From: Octopus vulgaris
Lineage: Eukaryota
Assembly (NCBI GenBank): GCA_951406725.2
Contig: OX597816.1
Span: 96,596,001-96,660,000 of the forward strand
DNA length: 64,000 nt
Direction: 5' to 3'
Positions 25,029-39,551 of this stretch are shown here, one piece after another. A program made the translations under genes and the position numbers. The notes beneath the pieces were generated by a model, which was not told the DNA's origin, ran no database searches, and saw only the letters and a program-made list of their open reading frames with translations. The stretch's first letter is position 1; each line of letters opens with the position of its first letter.

Positions 25029-27488
25029 CATTATTATGCTTTGAAACATAAAGAAAAAAATAACCAATCGCCTAAGAAATTAGAAAAAAACCTGGAGAGA
25101 AAGAAAATTTGAATTATTCCAACAAAAAACTGTTAAGAATAGGTAAAAATAACAAAATATAATTATGACAAACGAACAACAGTGTGAGAGAAAACAAAAA
25201 AGCAAATAAATAACATTTACATATTACGAAGTTATGCGGAAATTCTACAAAAGTTTCTTAATAAGAAAAGTATCTCAAAGAAAGAAAAATAAGCAAAAAC
25301 ATGAAATGCAAAACACAATTCCTAGTTTTTATATTTAATTTTTTAAAATTACATTTATATAGACAGAAAAAAAAAACACGTCTACTTCATTAAAAGAAAA
25401 TACCTGAAACTGGAAGTGTGATTTTTTTAGTTATAAATAGTAAATGAATCACGTTATTGTTCAATATTTCTGGGAGACATGATTTAAAATGTAACAGATG
25501 TCTTTGTATAGACATTGATTAATTTATCAGAAATTACAGTAAGAATATCTTGTTATATGTAGGTTTGTCAACAGGTGGGGTAAATGTAGACTGCCAAACT
25601 TAAAATCGTATACTTACCAACAACGAAGACTCTGTAAGAGAGCTTCTACGCAGTTGTTGTCGTGCAGAAAAAGTAGACAGATCTTAATCAAATTGCACTC
25701 AACAGTCTTTAATAAGGAAAGCAAATACTGGATAATGTACAAGCAGAAATAATGGTGGTCACGGTTGGAATACATTTGATCATAGGTCTGGTGGATGAAG
25801 ATAACCTGGAGAAAAATTACCTCACCAACGACATCTACTAATTTCTTTTCTCCATATTCTGACTTGAGATCCAACCGAAGAAGCTAATTTCATATCATCG
25901 GAGTCGACAATATTTCTCTCCCAGCAACCTTCGATTTGTACTTAATCAAACTAAATCAGTGCTTTATAATTTCGTAAAATACATTGGCAAGAACAAAGTA
26001 CAGACAGTATTTGACAGGCTAAGAACTAAAATCAATGAAACTTATTCTTGTTCATTACTGTACATATGATAAATTACATCTACCCCAATTTATAACAGTA
26101 TCCAGGTAAGAAGATGTTGCTTGGGTACTGTAATAACGGTCGTAAGAGTGATTTAGAAATATAACTTCTATTTCGATCTTTCGATGTAACCATTAGGAAA
26201 TGACTGAAAGGCTTTGTTATATATAGCCTAGTTAGCGCGAGCGACTTTGTCATTCATCCTTTCGGAGTCAACAAAATAAATAAGTACCAGTTGAGCACTG
26301 GTGTTGATGTAATCGAAATTTCAGACCTTGTGCTTATAGTAGAAAGGAGTATTATAAAAGACTATTCACTATGCAATAGCCTCCAATGCTCGTTTATGTA
26401 GCACAGTAGAACTTCATGAAGAATGTTATAATGCGGATTATAGTTTTTGCGTTTCTAAAGATCAGTAAACAAAGCATCATACTTCTATTCAATTTTGAAA
26501 TTGTAAATTCAATTAATTAGAATAAGCCTTATTATTGTAAGAGTAATATTGATTTTACTTTTACTTTATTTATTTTTATTATTTTTTTTTCCGTCAGGAG
26601 ACAATTTTTTTTTTCTTTTTACAAAGCCTCCGAAGCATGGGAGGAAAATATCTTCTATTCCGAGAGCTGCTCAGAATGCGAATGCTTGCAACACAGTGAA
26701 TTCCGTTGAAGACACCAAGTTTTTTAGGTATTGATGTTAAACAGGGCGGCAGATGAAGTCTACGACCCACGTAATAATAGCCAGAGCAAGTACCACAAGA
26801 CTACCATTGATTGTTTCAATTTATTGCCTGTGAAAAAACTAAAAATAAAATTAGCCTCGGCGGGCACTTAACATAAGATGCAAACCATCGGAACAAATAT
26901 CATCAGTCTTTCTATCCAACGCTCTCTAACAATTCTTCAATTTAATAAGAATGTTAAATGTCAATTAAAGGAAGTATTCGCTTCATAAATTGCTTCTCCT
27001 TGAATTAGATGTCAATTTTTAGTTTTTATATTTGTCAATTTTATGGTATTTTAAATATTTTAATGAAGTGATATTTTTAATGACTAATGTTTAAAGCAAA
27101 TATTTTCCTTCGGAATATGTAGCAAAAAAGGTAGAGTTGATGCCGGTTCTGAACAGGTAGATAAACGATAGCTTTCATTCATACAGCTATAGATGACTTG
27201 CTTCATTGAGAGATATAGTTCATATGAATTCATTTATTTCTTACTAGTTTGGTCGTTGGGACCCAGGCTACACGCAAACGTACATAGAGTCCCTAGTATG
27301 TATTATCTTCCCTTCTCAACTGGAATGGTCCCTATTACCACAAAACATATTTTTCTCCGTAAGTAGAGATAATTTTAAAAATTTTGTTTTGTAGGTATTT
27401 AATATAAGCTTCTTTGAGTTATTTCTCTCTTTGTTCATTTATGCTTCATACGTACACACATACATACATACATACATACATACATACA

Positions 27489-27538
<50 letters not shown>

Positions 27539-27912
27539 CAGAGAGAGAGAGAGAACGAACGAGACTACGTGTTGAATAGATTCGAGTTAATCCGAATAAA
27601 AACTATCCAAATAGACCAGTCAAACTGTGCCAGTATGATGAAACTTCAACAAATAATGGAAAGACTATGATAAGATATGATGAATACATATCTGTACTAA
27701 AACAAAAGCGGTTTTAACAGAACCTCCTAAAATTTGCAAATATTTTCACTCACACCTGGATATACATTTTTTTTACATATTTGTCTGTCGATAGAAAAAA
27801 AAAGTAGCCAATAATCTGACTCAAATTTCGACTCCTTTCAGAATCATTCAACGGGACCATGTACACTACTTTCTGATCACGCATATATGTAGATAATAAC
27901 TTGATAATCCCT

Positions 27913-28128
27913 CGACGGTGTGCTGAAGTTCCTGGCTTTGGGTAAAAGAAAATACAGGAGAATTAGTTAATCATAATTTTATTCAACATATTCCTCTCTC
28001 AGATTCACACATTTATTGCAGCGATCCTTCAGTTTTTCTAAGCCCTGTAAAAGAACTCGGAAGTTTGGGCCTCCAATCAGGCCTCTCTCGCGATACCCTC
28101 AAGGCCAGAAACTTTTTAGCACCCCTCG
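27913..28128. mobile_element. non-autonomous mariner (MITE)
   Basis: TIRs cgacggtgtgctgaagttcctggc and gccagaaactttttagcacccctcg+TA; interior resembles a transposase C-terminus on the minus strand (LEKLKDRCNKCVNLREEYVE). Confidence 0.8.
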
Positions 28129-28840
28129 TATGTTAGTATACCTTTTACTAATTACGCCTGTGGCTAGTTTGATAAAATATTAATTTCTGCATTGTATAGT
28201 TGAGATATACGATAGATGCATATCTCTTCAAAATAACTCTTGTGAAAAACAACATGTAGGAGTTATTTTTTCGGGTTTTTTTTATAGACTATGCATTTTG
28301 ATATTGGAAAAGATGTCGTCTAAGCTAAATTTGGAAATTTTAGTTACACATGGTTTTCTCTTGCGTTATCAGAACGAAGTGTTAATGGTCAGTGAGTATG
28401 ATTCAAAATGCAACCGAGACACGAGTTTGAATCCTTCACTCTTTTTATTTTTCAAATTTTACTTGCTTCAGTAATTAGACTGCGATCACGCTGGGACACT
28501 GTCTTGAAGAATTTTATTCGAATGAATAGACCCCAGTGCTTACTTTTTAAAAGCCTGATAATATTCTGTCGTCTCTTTCGCCGAACCACTAATTTACGAG
28601 AACGTAAACACACCAAACCCGCTTGTCAAGTGCTGTGTGTGGCGGTTTAATCCCAAAGAGAAACACACGCGCGCACACGTATGTAGTTATGAGGTACCGG
28701 CTGAGTTGCACTGAAATTGAATGAGAGGGGTAAGGTAGAAGTTAAGTGAAAGAATCTAAAGTGAGAAATTTCCTAACAGCGGGCGGAGCTTAGTGAAAGA
28801 TGAAAATATATATGGAAGCTGCATACATACATGCACACAC

Positions 28841-28871
<31 letters not shown>

Positions 28872-29582
28872 TATGCACACGCGCACACACACACACACAC
28901 AAACCAATATACATACACATATGTAACTTTTAAAAGGCTGAGTGAGGAAAAGAAAGGAACTTTGATGTGAGGATTACGTAACTTTATGTGGAGAGAGGGT
29001 TGGATAAGTTGACAACAGTTATTCCGATGCAGCGTTTCAGCAGTCCATCACAAAAAACACTCCTCCCACCCACCCACACATACATACATACATACATACA
29101 CATACAGATACACAGACACACAGACACATATTTGTCTAATATATAGTGAGAGTGAACGCGCGCGCGTGTGTGTGTGTGTGTATGTGTGTGTGTCTGTCTG
29201 TGTTGCATCTTATAACTGTATATCTACTCTCGGGTCTTTTCTGTTGCAGTCTCAGATTTTGAAATTTTACAATTACGTGAAAAGTTTCAAATTTTGTATA
29301 CGGATATAATTTTTCACACTGAATCCAAATTTGTTATTTATTTGCTCCAGAAAAATTATAGAAAAATAATGTTACAGAGGTTAAAGTATCATGTATGAGT
29401 GACAAACCGGAAGTACTCAATGGTTCAAAAATCACTGCTAAGATTTTCAAAACTAACTATAGATGTCTCTCTATATAAAACTAAACTAACTATAGATATC
29501 TCTATTTATATCTCAAAATGAGACAACAAAGTCCCTAATCTGAAATGCTCATTTTTTCCCTTTGTGTGTGTGTGTGTCTCTC

Positions 29583-29627
<45 letters not shown>

Positions 29628-29889
29628 GTTTCTATTTCTTCTTTCTTACTTTTCGATTTCTTCATTCTCACTTTTCATTCTTTCTCTTTACGACCTGCTA
29701 CATTTTATGGGATTTTAAACCGAACTAATTCTACCCTGAAGAATATATGAAATTACTGTTTTCATTTTAATGTTTTAACTGGAATCTCTTGCTAGTATGT
29801 AATGACATATAATTATTGTGGTACGGCATAGTAACATGTGTTTTTTCATGAAATCTGCGGTTAAAGGTTGTCATAAGTTATTTCTCGGA

Positions 29890-30350
29890 CCCCAACAGAC
29901 AAAATGGAAAAGGCGAGGGAGGATGGCGTGGGAGTTGTGCAGAAATAGTCACTCTGACTTACGGGGATCGCACTTGCGGAGAGCCATCACCGCTCCGATA
30001 GCGGTGAGCAGGGATGTGGTCTGGGGGTCAAGAACGCCGGAAGTCTCCATGCCAGAGTGTTGACCATTAATATGTTGGAGAGCTTGCTTTTCTCAGCCTG
30101 GCGAGCAGCGGAGCCTATGCTGATAGCTGACTTCACCAAGTTACTTGCAGGGGGTGTCACAGCATGTGGAATCCCATATGAGTATATCATAGAGTCCCAC
30201 TATTTACCGTCCCATCGGTCTAGCCCCGCTGGCTCGAGCTGGAAATGGAAACATCTAAGCCATACTTTATGATCATGATAATTCGTGGACACCGAAAGAA
30301 TGCCCATTGGATCTGCAGCGGCATTCATGAGGCTCAAAGATAAGGTTGCC
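29890..30350 (-). mobile_element. CRE-clade non-LTR retrotransposon restriction-like endonuclease remnant
   Basis: PHECRC..GVHELS; LIWDSTCCDT; SNLVKSAISIGSAARQAEKSK; METSGVLDP..LLTAIG..DPRKSE*LF fits the CRE/Cnl1 RLE pattern. Confidence 0.75.
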
Positions 30351-32171
30351 AAGGCTCCTTTTAAAAACACATTTAGCTCTTACTAAAATGTTCAAATGTC
30401 TGACTTAATTCTTTTAAAGTTTTGTCTACAAATAAACAATCCTTTGTTCATTTTAAGTTTATGATTGCGAACATGAAAAGATTCTTAATATTTTGCACCA
30501 GCTTGCTCATATCACAAACGGCTGGTGAGATTAAAACCGTTTTGCTAAACGCCGTTGACATCTTGGTTCAAGTAAGTGTATAAATCAGCAAACTTGTAAG
30601 AATAGAACTAAACCGTCATCCGCCTTCGATTGTTTTTCAAACTTTCAGTAACATGAAATGATTGAGTTCTATACTTGTATGAGTGTGGCATGTGTGTATA
30701 CATGTGTGTGAGAATATATTTGTGTGTGTATGTATGTATGTATGTATGTATGTATGTATGTATGTATGTATATGTATGCGTGTGCATGTATGTTTCTCAT
30801 CTATTTTTAATCATTTAAATTCTTCCTTTGAAGAAGGAGCTGGTTTCTAACAAAGATACAAAGCTCCATCTTTGGAATGTAGATAACGAAAAAAATGTCA
30901 CCTTATAAAGCTGAGAAAATTCTTGCATAGTTTTACTGTTCCACTTGCTGATTGAATTTCTAATGTACGAATTTATGTATGCATGTTTATATATATAATA
31001 TACAGAATATATGTCAAATATGCATTGTATTTATAATATATAATTATATAAACATGTATATTACATGCACGTAAACAGGTGCGACCATAAAGTCATACAT
31101 TACACTCGCGCGCGGTTTTATCTTGTTTTTTTTTTTAATTTACACATGCAAAACTATCACTTCGTCATTGCCGATTCACGTTTATAATAATTTTGTTTTT
31201 TATTTCATTTGTCTTGTTCGATAGTGATGAAGAAAACGATAAAACTTAAATGAGGATTATTATTATCATTATTATTATTTTATATTTTGTGAATGATTTT
31301 TGAGATTGAATAATAGATTATGAAATGTCAAGATTGTCAACTCCGAAAGAAAAAAAATAATGCATTAAAATAATACCAGAATGGGGTTAAGCAGAAACTG
31401 GGAAACATCTTAATATAAACGAAGTAAATATTAAAAGAACTGAAAGAACCCAAGAAAACGTTGAAGCTAATATGAACAGTGGATCTTTAAAAAACAATTG
31501 ATACTACACATAATACATAAGTAGGAAGATTGTTTAAACAATGTACAATGGAGAGAGCATAAAACCGAATACTATAACATTACCGTGTGTGTGTGTGTGT
31601 GTTTATTGAATGTGAAACTAAGTATAGGTAATATAAATGTAATACACATTATGAGACACTTATGTAATGTATATTGTGTTTGCGTGTTACATTAGATTTC
31701 TCCAATTCCGTTGCTCACCATCTAATAATTCCAAGCCCAGATCGCCCCCGAGGCTTCTGAATGGATTTGGAAACAAGGTAAGTTAATAGAAGCTTGTCTG
31801 AAAAACTGAACATGCAATTTAAAGGTCGATTTTGTCTCAACTGTATCATGCTGATTCTATTTCTAATCAGAGTGCATGTGTTTGAGCAATATTCAACCAC
31901 TTTGCATGCTAAAGCGAGGCAAAGACATTTTCTCCATAATATAACACACTGAATAAGTTGTTTACGAGTACGAAGGTGCCACTAGAATATTCGAACTGGT
32001 AATAACATCGCATTTAAGCACATCAGTGCTTAGCTCTCCCAACCCGCTAAATCAAGCGTAGCTCATCCCCTCGTTCGATATACTATGGGAGTCTCTATTG
32101 TATACATATGTAAGTGTGTACCTCTGTCCCTCTCTTTATATGTACGTATGTATGTATATTTAGCTACGGAT

Positions 32172-32211
<40 letters not shown>

Positions 32212-32217
32212 ACACAT

Positions 32218-32930
32218 TTTTCAAAGCAAGGACCCCATTAGGCATATGTCGATTATTCTCTTGGGGAATTTCTTGCCAAGTTCATGCAATAATCTCAAAA
32301 GATCTGGCTTTGAGGATGCTTTCTTGTTCTTTTTGCGAAGTGTCCTGTCCATTATGCCCTAAGTGTTCAATAGGGTTCATATGTGCTGACTGGCTTGGCC
32401 ATGGAAGCTTTTTAACGCATTCTCTTCCAACCAATATTGACAAGGAATCCTATCTTCCATAAACAATAGTCTTCTTCTCATCACGGGAGAAGATTGGAAG
32501 GAGTTCTTTCTGCAATATGGACACATTTATCTGAGTTTATGTTTCACTCACACTCCACCAGCTCTTATTGACCATTGCTCCAAATTGCTCCCCAGACGAT
32601 CACAGAATAGTCGCCGTGTTTCATTGTTGGTTGCAATCTTGATCACAGTCTTCAGGCCCACACTCGACCACTGTCAGAAAATACAGAAAATCTTAACTAT
32701 TAGAGAATGTGACAGTGTCCCAAAATACTAGTGGCCTCTTCACTATCTCACTGGCCCCATTTTTTCTCCGCTTAGTATCAACTGGTCGAAGAAGTGCCTT
32801 CCTCCTTGCTCTTCTTCCTTGGTAACCAAATTTGTTGAGAAACCCTACAGTTGTTCTGGGACTGACATGAACTTGTCATCAAAAGACCTTACAATAAGGA
32901 TTATCGTCCACGTTTTTCTTATGCGTTTGC
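32218..32930 (-). mobile_element. Tc1-like (DD34E) transposase relic
   Basis: GYQGRRARRKALL; FWDTVTFS; LQPTMKHGDYSVIVWGAI; LFMEDRIPC; PWPSQSAHMNPIEHL. Confidence 0.85.
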
Positions 32931-32934
32931 TAAG

Positions 32935-34065
32935 GTGAGCTCTCTGAAAATATATGCCAGGTATCGATCTTCTGGTCACCGCTTTGATATGCACCGATTT
33001 ACTGCCAATTCAAAAGTTTTCCAGCCTCTTATTTGTGACCCCATTTATGGATATGACTGTGACTTAGTCATTCATACAGCGGATAACATACAAACACTTA
33101 TGAATCGTATTTATGCATTTTGCAAGTCATTTGGACTCAGTATTAGCCTGGTCAAGACTGTTGTAATGTTCCAGCCTCACCGGGAAATTCATATGTGGAA
33201 CCAGCTATCTTGGTTGAAGGAACAATACTGAAAGTGGTAGACACGTTTTTCTACCTGGGCAGCACACTCAGCCGTTCTTGCTCCTTGGATAATGAAATAT
33301 CTTTCAGGCTGCAGAGAGCAACTGATTGTTTCCGGTCTCCCCAGTCTCGTGTCTGGTCCTAGCATGGTATTACAAAGCAAACAAATATCGCTATGCACCA
33401 TGCATGTGTACTGACATCGCTCCTTTACTAATGTGAGACATGCACCCTTTACCAACGTCATGTAAAGTTCCTTGAATGCTTTCATCAGAGACGTCTGATA
33501 CACATTCTAAATGTTGGCTGGACCTTGAAAACTACAGACACACAGGTCCTGAGGAAAGCTGATATCTTGAGTATTGAGGCGATGGTGCTCAGGCACCGGT
33601 TACGTTGGACTGGACACCTTATTAGAATGAAGAATAGCAGGATCCATAAATGGATGCGATGCTATATGGGGAACGTCTTAGTGGAAAGAGACCCCGACAC
33701 AAACCAAAGCTGCGATTTAAGGAGTGCGTCAAGTCCTCCTTAAGGGCCTGTGATATGCACGAGATCGACTAGGAGGGGAATGCCTGTCATCGCCACAGAT
33801 GTAGGAAGCACTTTAAGGGGTGTCGACACATTTGAAAGACCATATATTCCGCATTAAGAATTTAAGCATGCTAATCGAAAGCGCACTGCTAGTGTAGTGA
33901 ATGGGCTAAAGCTTGGTTTGCAATGTTTTCAGTAGTGTACGCTTGTGAGAGCAGGGCTCATAGCCACCAATGGAGTCGCAAATGCAACATATAAGTTAGT
34001 CCTAGAGTGCACAATGTTCCTAAAGGTCTACAATGGTCTTCTTCTGTCAGAAGTGGACGGCCATC
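32935..34065 (+). mobile_element. RTE (BovB-like) LINE RT/3' fragment
   Basis: YRSSGHRFDMHRF..YGYDCDLV (degraded YADD)..FGLSISLVKT; FFYLGSTLS..LDNEIS; RLRWTGHLIRM; GKRPRHKPKLRFKECVK. Confidence 0.92.
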
Positions 34066-34098
34066 ATGTGTGTGCGTATGTGTGTATGTATGTGTGTG

Positions 34099-34138
<40 letters not shown>

Positions 34139-34589
34139 AGCGTGCGTGCGTGTGTGTGTGTGTTATGAAGATTATCACCTCCGATCGAATTCTGGGTTTA
34201 TGGATACCGATATTTCGCCATGCGGCTTACCAACACCACGTACCTGAATCGAACCGGAGACGAATCGAATCGCCAGTCTATGACTATATATGATCGTAGG
34301 CAATTTGTCTCGCCCGTCTATGACTTAAAACCCAGCGTTATGAGGGAGTCGTCTACCACAGCAAACAGGCAAACAAACAAAATTCATATATTTAGTATGT
34401 GCAGTCGGTAATGTTTACAACATAAGCGCTACTTTTAATTCGTTATTGAATCTATAAGTATTTTTACATATGTAGATCGGTTTATGAAGGACGAATGGGA
34501 GAAATGTGCTCAACACGTTTTAGAAGATATGCATTTTTCTTTATTGATACAAAAACTCGAGTCACGAGAAAAAATATATAAATTCTTTT

Positions 34590-34906
34590 ATTCTTTAACT
34601 TGTTTCGGTCATTTGACAGTGGCCATTCCGAAGCACCGCCTTAAAGGGTTTTAGTCGAAGAAATTGACCTCGGGAATTATTCTTTTTAAGCCTACTATTT
34701 ATTCTATCGGTCATTTTTGCCGAACCGCCAAGTTAGGGGTACGTAAACACACCAACACCTTTTCAGTTTCCGTACACCAATCCACTCGCAAGGTTTTGGT
34801 CAGCCCGAGGCTATTGTAGAAGAGACACAGTACCACACAGTGGGACTGAACCCGGGACCTTGTGGTTGGGAAGTAAGTTTCTTACCACACAGCCACGCTT
34901 GGGCCT
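34590..34906 (-). mobile_element. tRNA-derived SINE (second family)
   Basis: Reverse complement of gtggctgtgtggtaagaaacttacttcccaaccacaaggtcccgggttcagtccc. Confidence 0.85.
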
Positions 34907-35724
34907 ATTAAATATGCGCGTGCGAGTGTGCGTGCGCATGTGTATGCATATGTCTGTATACATAAAGACATACACACACACATACATTCCTTCATAAACA
35001 CATACACTGTCACACACAAAAAAAAAGTTACAAAGGATGCTCTGAATGACTGTGATGAGAGAGAAAGTTACATCGATTCAAAGAGAAACAAAACCCAAGA
35101 CAATACAGTATATCATTGCAGTACTGAAATTCTATATTGTTCAAGTGCTCTTTATGCGTATTTGCTATAACCATGCATCTGCGTTCTTCTAAGTACAGTC
35201 TAAATACACCCAATATATGAACAGATATTAATGATTTGATGTGATTGTGTTAATATACGGTGATGAATGGCAAGTGATGCGAATTTAATGATGGAAAAGT
35301 GTAAAAGGAAAGAACGTATAAATGAATGCCATATTTGTGTGTTTTGTGTAGACAAGTAATTATGTCTCCATGTGTGTGTGTATATGTATGTTTGCGTATG
35401 CGTTTGTGTATACATTTATATGAGTGTGCGTGTATGCATATTCATGTTAGTATATGTGTGTATATCTATGTGTGTGTGTGTGTGTGTTTGTGAATATATT
35501 ACGTGTATGTACTTGGTTAATAATCATATATAAGTGTGTGTATATATATATATAGGTGTGTGTGTGTGTGTGTGTGCGTGTGTGTATGTATGTATGTATG
35601 TATTATGTGTATGTATGTATATGGATGGATGGCTATGTGCATATGTGTGTATGTATACACACACTCACTCACACACATATGTACCACACGAACTGAACGA
35701 GCATCAAAGGACAAATAACACATC

Positions 35725-36427
35725 ATCTTGAAACTTGCTGTTCTTTGCTGTCAAGGCATACAAGCGAACCATTTCTATATCGTATTGTTATTTGCAATGA
35801 AAATGGATTCTTGTCAACAATAGCAAGAGTTCTGCAATGGTGTTTGGATGGAGACGAAGTACCAAACCATAATCGAACAACGAATATTCACCAAAAATAG
35901 TTAATGTTGTCGGATTGGTGGTCCAGCGCTGTTGTCATCCAGTACAACTTCATGACATATGGTAAGTCAATTACAGCGGATGTATGCATCAACCAATTGG
36001 ATGAAATGATGAGTGAACTTTCAATTAAACAACAGATATTGGTCAATAAAGACAGGCTGGTTCTCTTGCAAGACAACGCTCGAACACATGCTTCACAAAG
36101 AACGCTACTAAAGTTACAGGAACTGAACTTGGGAGGAGACTGTCATCCACTGTATTCACCAGACCTCGCACTAGCTGACTGTCACGTTTTCCAGGTATTA
36201 GACAATTTTTTTGCAAGAAAAAATCTGAAGATGCAAAAACAGCCTTTCGTGATTTCCTCACCTCTTGTTCTACAGAATTATTCGCCGCCAGCATAAACTA
36301 CCTATAAAATGGCAAAATTGTGTTCATAAATTAGGTGCATACTTTGATTAACTGCATTGCTTTTTGTTGAGATAAACTAAAATAAACTTTAAGTTTAAAA
36401 TCGGACATTTTATTCTCGATGACCTTA
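35725..36427 (+). mobile_element. mariner transposase DD34D relic with 3' TIR
   Basis: NEKWIL; MLSDWWSS..ITAD; LLQDNARTH; HPLYSPDLALAD; WQNCVHKLGAYFD*; TIR-like cggacattttattctcgatgacctta. Confidence 0.9.
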
Positions 36428-36518
36428 TGCATATATATATATATATGTATGTATATGTATGTACGTACGTATGTATGTTATGTATATATATATATATATA
36501 TGTATGTACGTACGTATG

Positions 36519-36562
<44 letters not shown>

Positions 36563-36566
<4 letters not shown>

Positions 36567-36716
36567 TATTTTGGGATGGTCATTTTTTTCTTCTTTTGCC
36601 AAGTAAACACACGCACCATACACTCGTTTTTCACCTCAGATATATTATTCTTATTTTACAGTCCTTTGTCTGAAATATTTTGTCACACATCCCTGTGACC
36701 TCATGAGCGACTTTCC
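36563..36716 (-). mobile_element. putative Penelope-type terminal fragment abutting (TA)n, with degenerate hammerhead
   Basis: Minus strand gtcg-CTCATGA-g-gtcaca-gggatg-tgtgac-AAAA-tatt-TC-agac, then runs into (TA)n. Confidence 0.45.
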
Positions 36717-37432
36717 AAATGATGATCTTCTCGAAATATAACAATATCTGTTTGAACATAAGATTTCACATCAGGAATCTTGCAAAACAAACACATAAGC
36801 ATAAGAATGTAAACACATTTCTATTTAAGTATCTATGCATACACAGATGTGTGTGTGTGTGTGTGAATGTATGAGTGTGTGCGTGCACACGTATATATAT
36901 ATATATGAGAAAGGATGAGAGGAAGAAAGAAAGAAATCAAGTTTCACTTTCAAACACTATCTTTAAGATAGCGTGCTAGCGCTAGTATTATTTAAGTAGT
37001 GTTTTCGGGAACACTTTTTAATTTATTTAGTTATTAGGAATGCTAAAATTATAATTTTTCTTCAAATAAACGATCTATAATGTACACTTTGATTAGAGGC
37101 ATTCCAGTGAAAATATTATTCAGATGCCCCAAGCCATTATTTAATATCAAACTTCTACATGCGTTTTGATGATGTACGTATAAGTACATACAAGTATGTG
37201 TGTATGCGTGTGTGACTATGCGTATCAGCCTGTGTTTTCGCTGTAACATCAACGATAATATAGCTGCCAACACTGTAAATGGAAACTGATTTTGGTTCAC
37301 AAACTTCATTTATATACAAAACATTGGTTCCAATTTATTGCCTTGTTCTGATGTTGTTAATAACATTAATACTTAGTTTATTTTTAGAGGTAAGGCAGGA
37401 TTAAGATAAATTATTATGAGGTTTAATCAGCT

Positions 37433-37658
37433 TAGGCTCTTATCAACCTACCTGAGATCACCCCAAGTTCTATGGCACAAACTCATTATTTTAAAGTGAT
37501 CTAAATTAAACCTTTACATCAAAATTTCATGTTCATTTACGCTCCAAACACCAGCTTAATGATAGCTAAGTCATTTTACTAAATTCTACATTACATTCAA
37601 AATTAATTGAAACAAAAGCAGTTTAATTTAAAGGAAATATAGTATCAAAAGTCTTAAT
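37433..37658. mobile_element. possible piggyBac-type MITE relic
   Basis: Degenerate ends (ttaggctcttatcaacctacctgag...tagtatcaaaagtcttaa); recognised by resemblance only. Confidence 0.35.
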
Positions 37659-38896
37659 ACTATTCTTTTCAATATTTTTGACTTTGTTAGCTAAAAAAAA
37701 GAAAAAAATTACCGACTGACTCCACACCGGAAAATTTTTTAGGTTTTTAAAATTATAAATTTAAACAAAAGATATTAATAACTATTGTTTACCCTGTTTC
37801 ATCAACGTTACTAGTGTATAACATCTTTACGTATAACAATTTTGTTTTTTAAAAATGATCAAGCGCTAGTATAGATTTACTATAGCTTTCAATTATATTG
37901 GCTCACTGATTTACTTGCAGCGTATAAGAGTGAGAAACATTGATTTAATATCTGAAATTTTCCAAATATAGGAAGTGACTTTTGATAACCAGTAAAACAG
38001 TAAGTTCATATTTATCACTTGTTACTTTATTATTTAAATATCTATGAAATATATCGGAGTTTAGTGTTTTGATGGTAATATACGCCCTATATTTTAATCG
38101 AGGTTCGTGTCAATATGTATCCTCTCCCCAAATGTTTAAGTAACAGTTTTATTTTTAATGTTACGAGTAGCCAGGCAGATGTGGCAAACACATTTGTGTC
38201 AAGCCGACCAAGTGTCTTATTACGTACTCGCTTGTCAAGGAAGTCACCAGAGGTCGTTCGTGGTGTGGTGGAGCACGAAAGAAAAACAAATACCTAATAA
38301 TAAAACTAGAATCCGAAGAGGTCGCAACCTTTATGTTTTACTAAGATACTATAAAGCAGCTAAATATTCTAAATAATATATCCTGCTATCTTGAAAAGGA
38401 AGCTGTCAAAATAATGAAGTCCTCGTTAATATATCTCTGAAGACAAGATGAAATGTTCACATCTCGAATGTTTTCGACTAATTAATCTATTAGGGCTGCT
38501 TTGTCTTAAACAACAAGATCCACTGATGAGCCAACTAGGAGACCTCAGTGCAAAATAACAACCAGATATTCAAAAACACGGGATGACACGACCGAAATGT
38601 CTTCAATTACAGGTCTCCATCATGACAGGTTAAACTAGATTCCAAGGAAACTCTTTGCTGTGGTTTGTGTTGGCAAAACACAGTTTTCCGAAGAAGAGTC
38701 ATAACCGGAAAATCAGAACTCTCCTCTCCTCAAAATACATGACTATGTCTTTGTCAGATGCAAAGACTCTCTAGCTTTAACGAGGCTAACATTGGAAATG
38801 GATTAAAGGACTTCTGTTAGCAATTGAAACCTTGAAGAGTTCTTAACTTATGACAGAGAAGTGCTGATGTACACCTATACAAGTTTATAAACGATA

Positions 38897-39262
38897 CGAG
38901 ATCTAATCAATAAGTATCCAGACTATTGCCATAGTAACGAATCTAAAGTACGCAGAGTAAAGCCGCTGGTCATAGATTGACCTTGATCTCTGTTGTGCAT
39001 GTGCACTAAGTTTTAGCATTCTAGCTTACCTCCGCTGTGTACAGCAGTGCTTCGAAGTAACGTGTGTAACGTGTGATCGTTGCATTGACTATGACACAGA
39101 AAGTTGTCATGGCGATACCTGCTCAGAGGCCTACGCAAAGTTACAGAAAGTGTATGGAGAGAAGTGTATGAGCCGCACACAAGTGTACGAGTGGATCGGA
39201 CGTTTCCAAGATGGCCAAAAAATGTTGATAATGACGAACGTTGTGGGAGACCTGCAACCAGC
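38897..39262 (+). mobile_element. mariner 5' end (TIR + transposase HTH fragment)
   Basis: TA+cgagatctaatcaataagtatccagact TIR; GDTCSEAYAKLQKVYGEKCMSRTQVYEWIGRFQDG..DERCGRPATS. Confidence 0.88.
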
Positions 39263-39520
39263 AGTCTATGAACTATGCACTCTATGGTGACTCTCCCTCT
39301 CTCTTACAAATCTTAATTTTTATGTCCATGTAAGAGACAACAATGTTTTAGACTATTCTGTCTTCGTTATAAGACGAGGGAAGCTATAAAAGAAAATAAA
39401 ACGAAATACCATTTATATACTGAAGTTGAGCAATTTAATAAAATTCTCTTCAGCGTCGCAAAGATATTTTCCGAGAGTACTTTAAAATTTTATATATTAG
39501 AATATTCTAAACTTTTTGTT

Positions 39521-39551
<31 letters not shown>

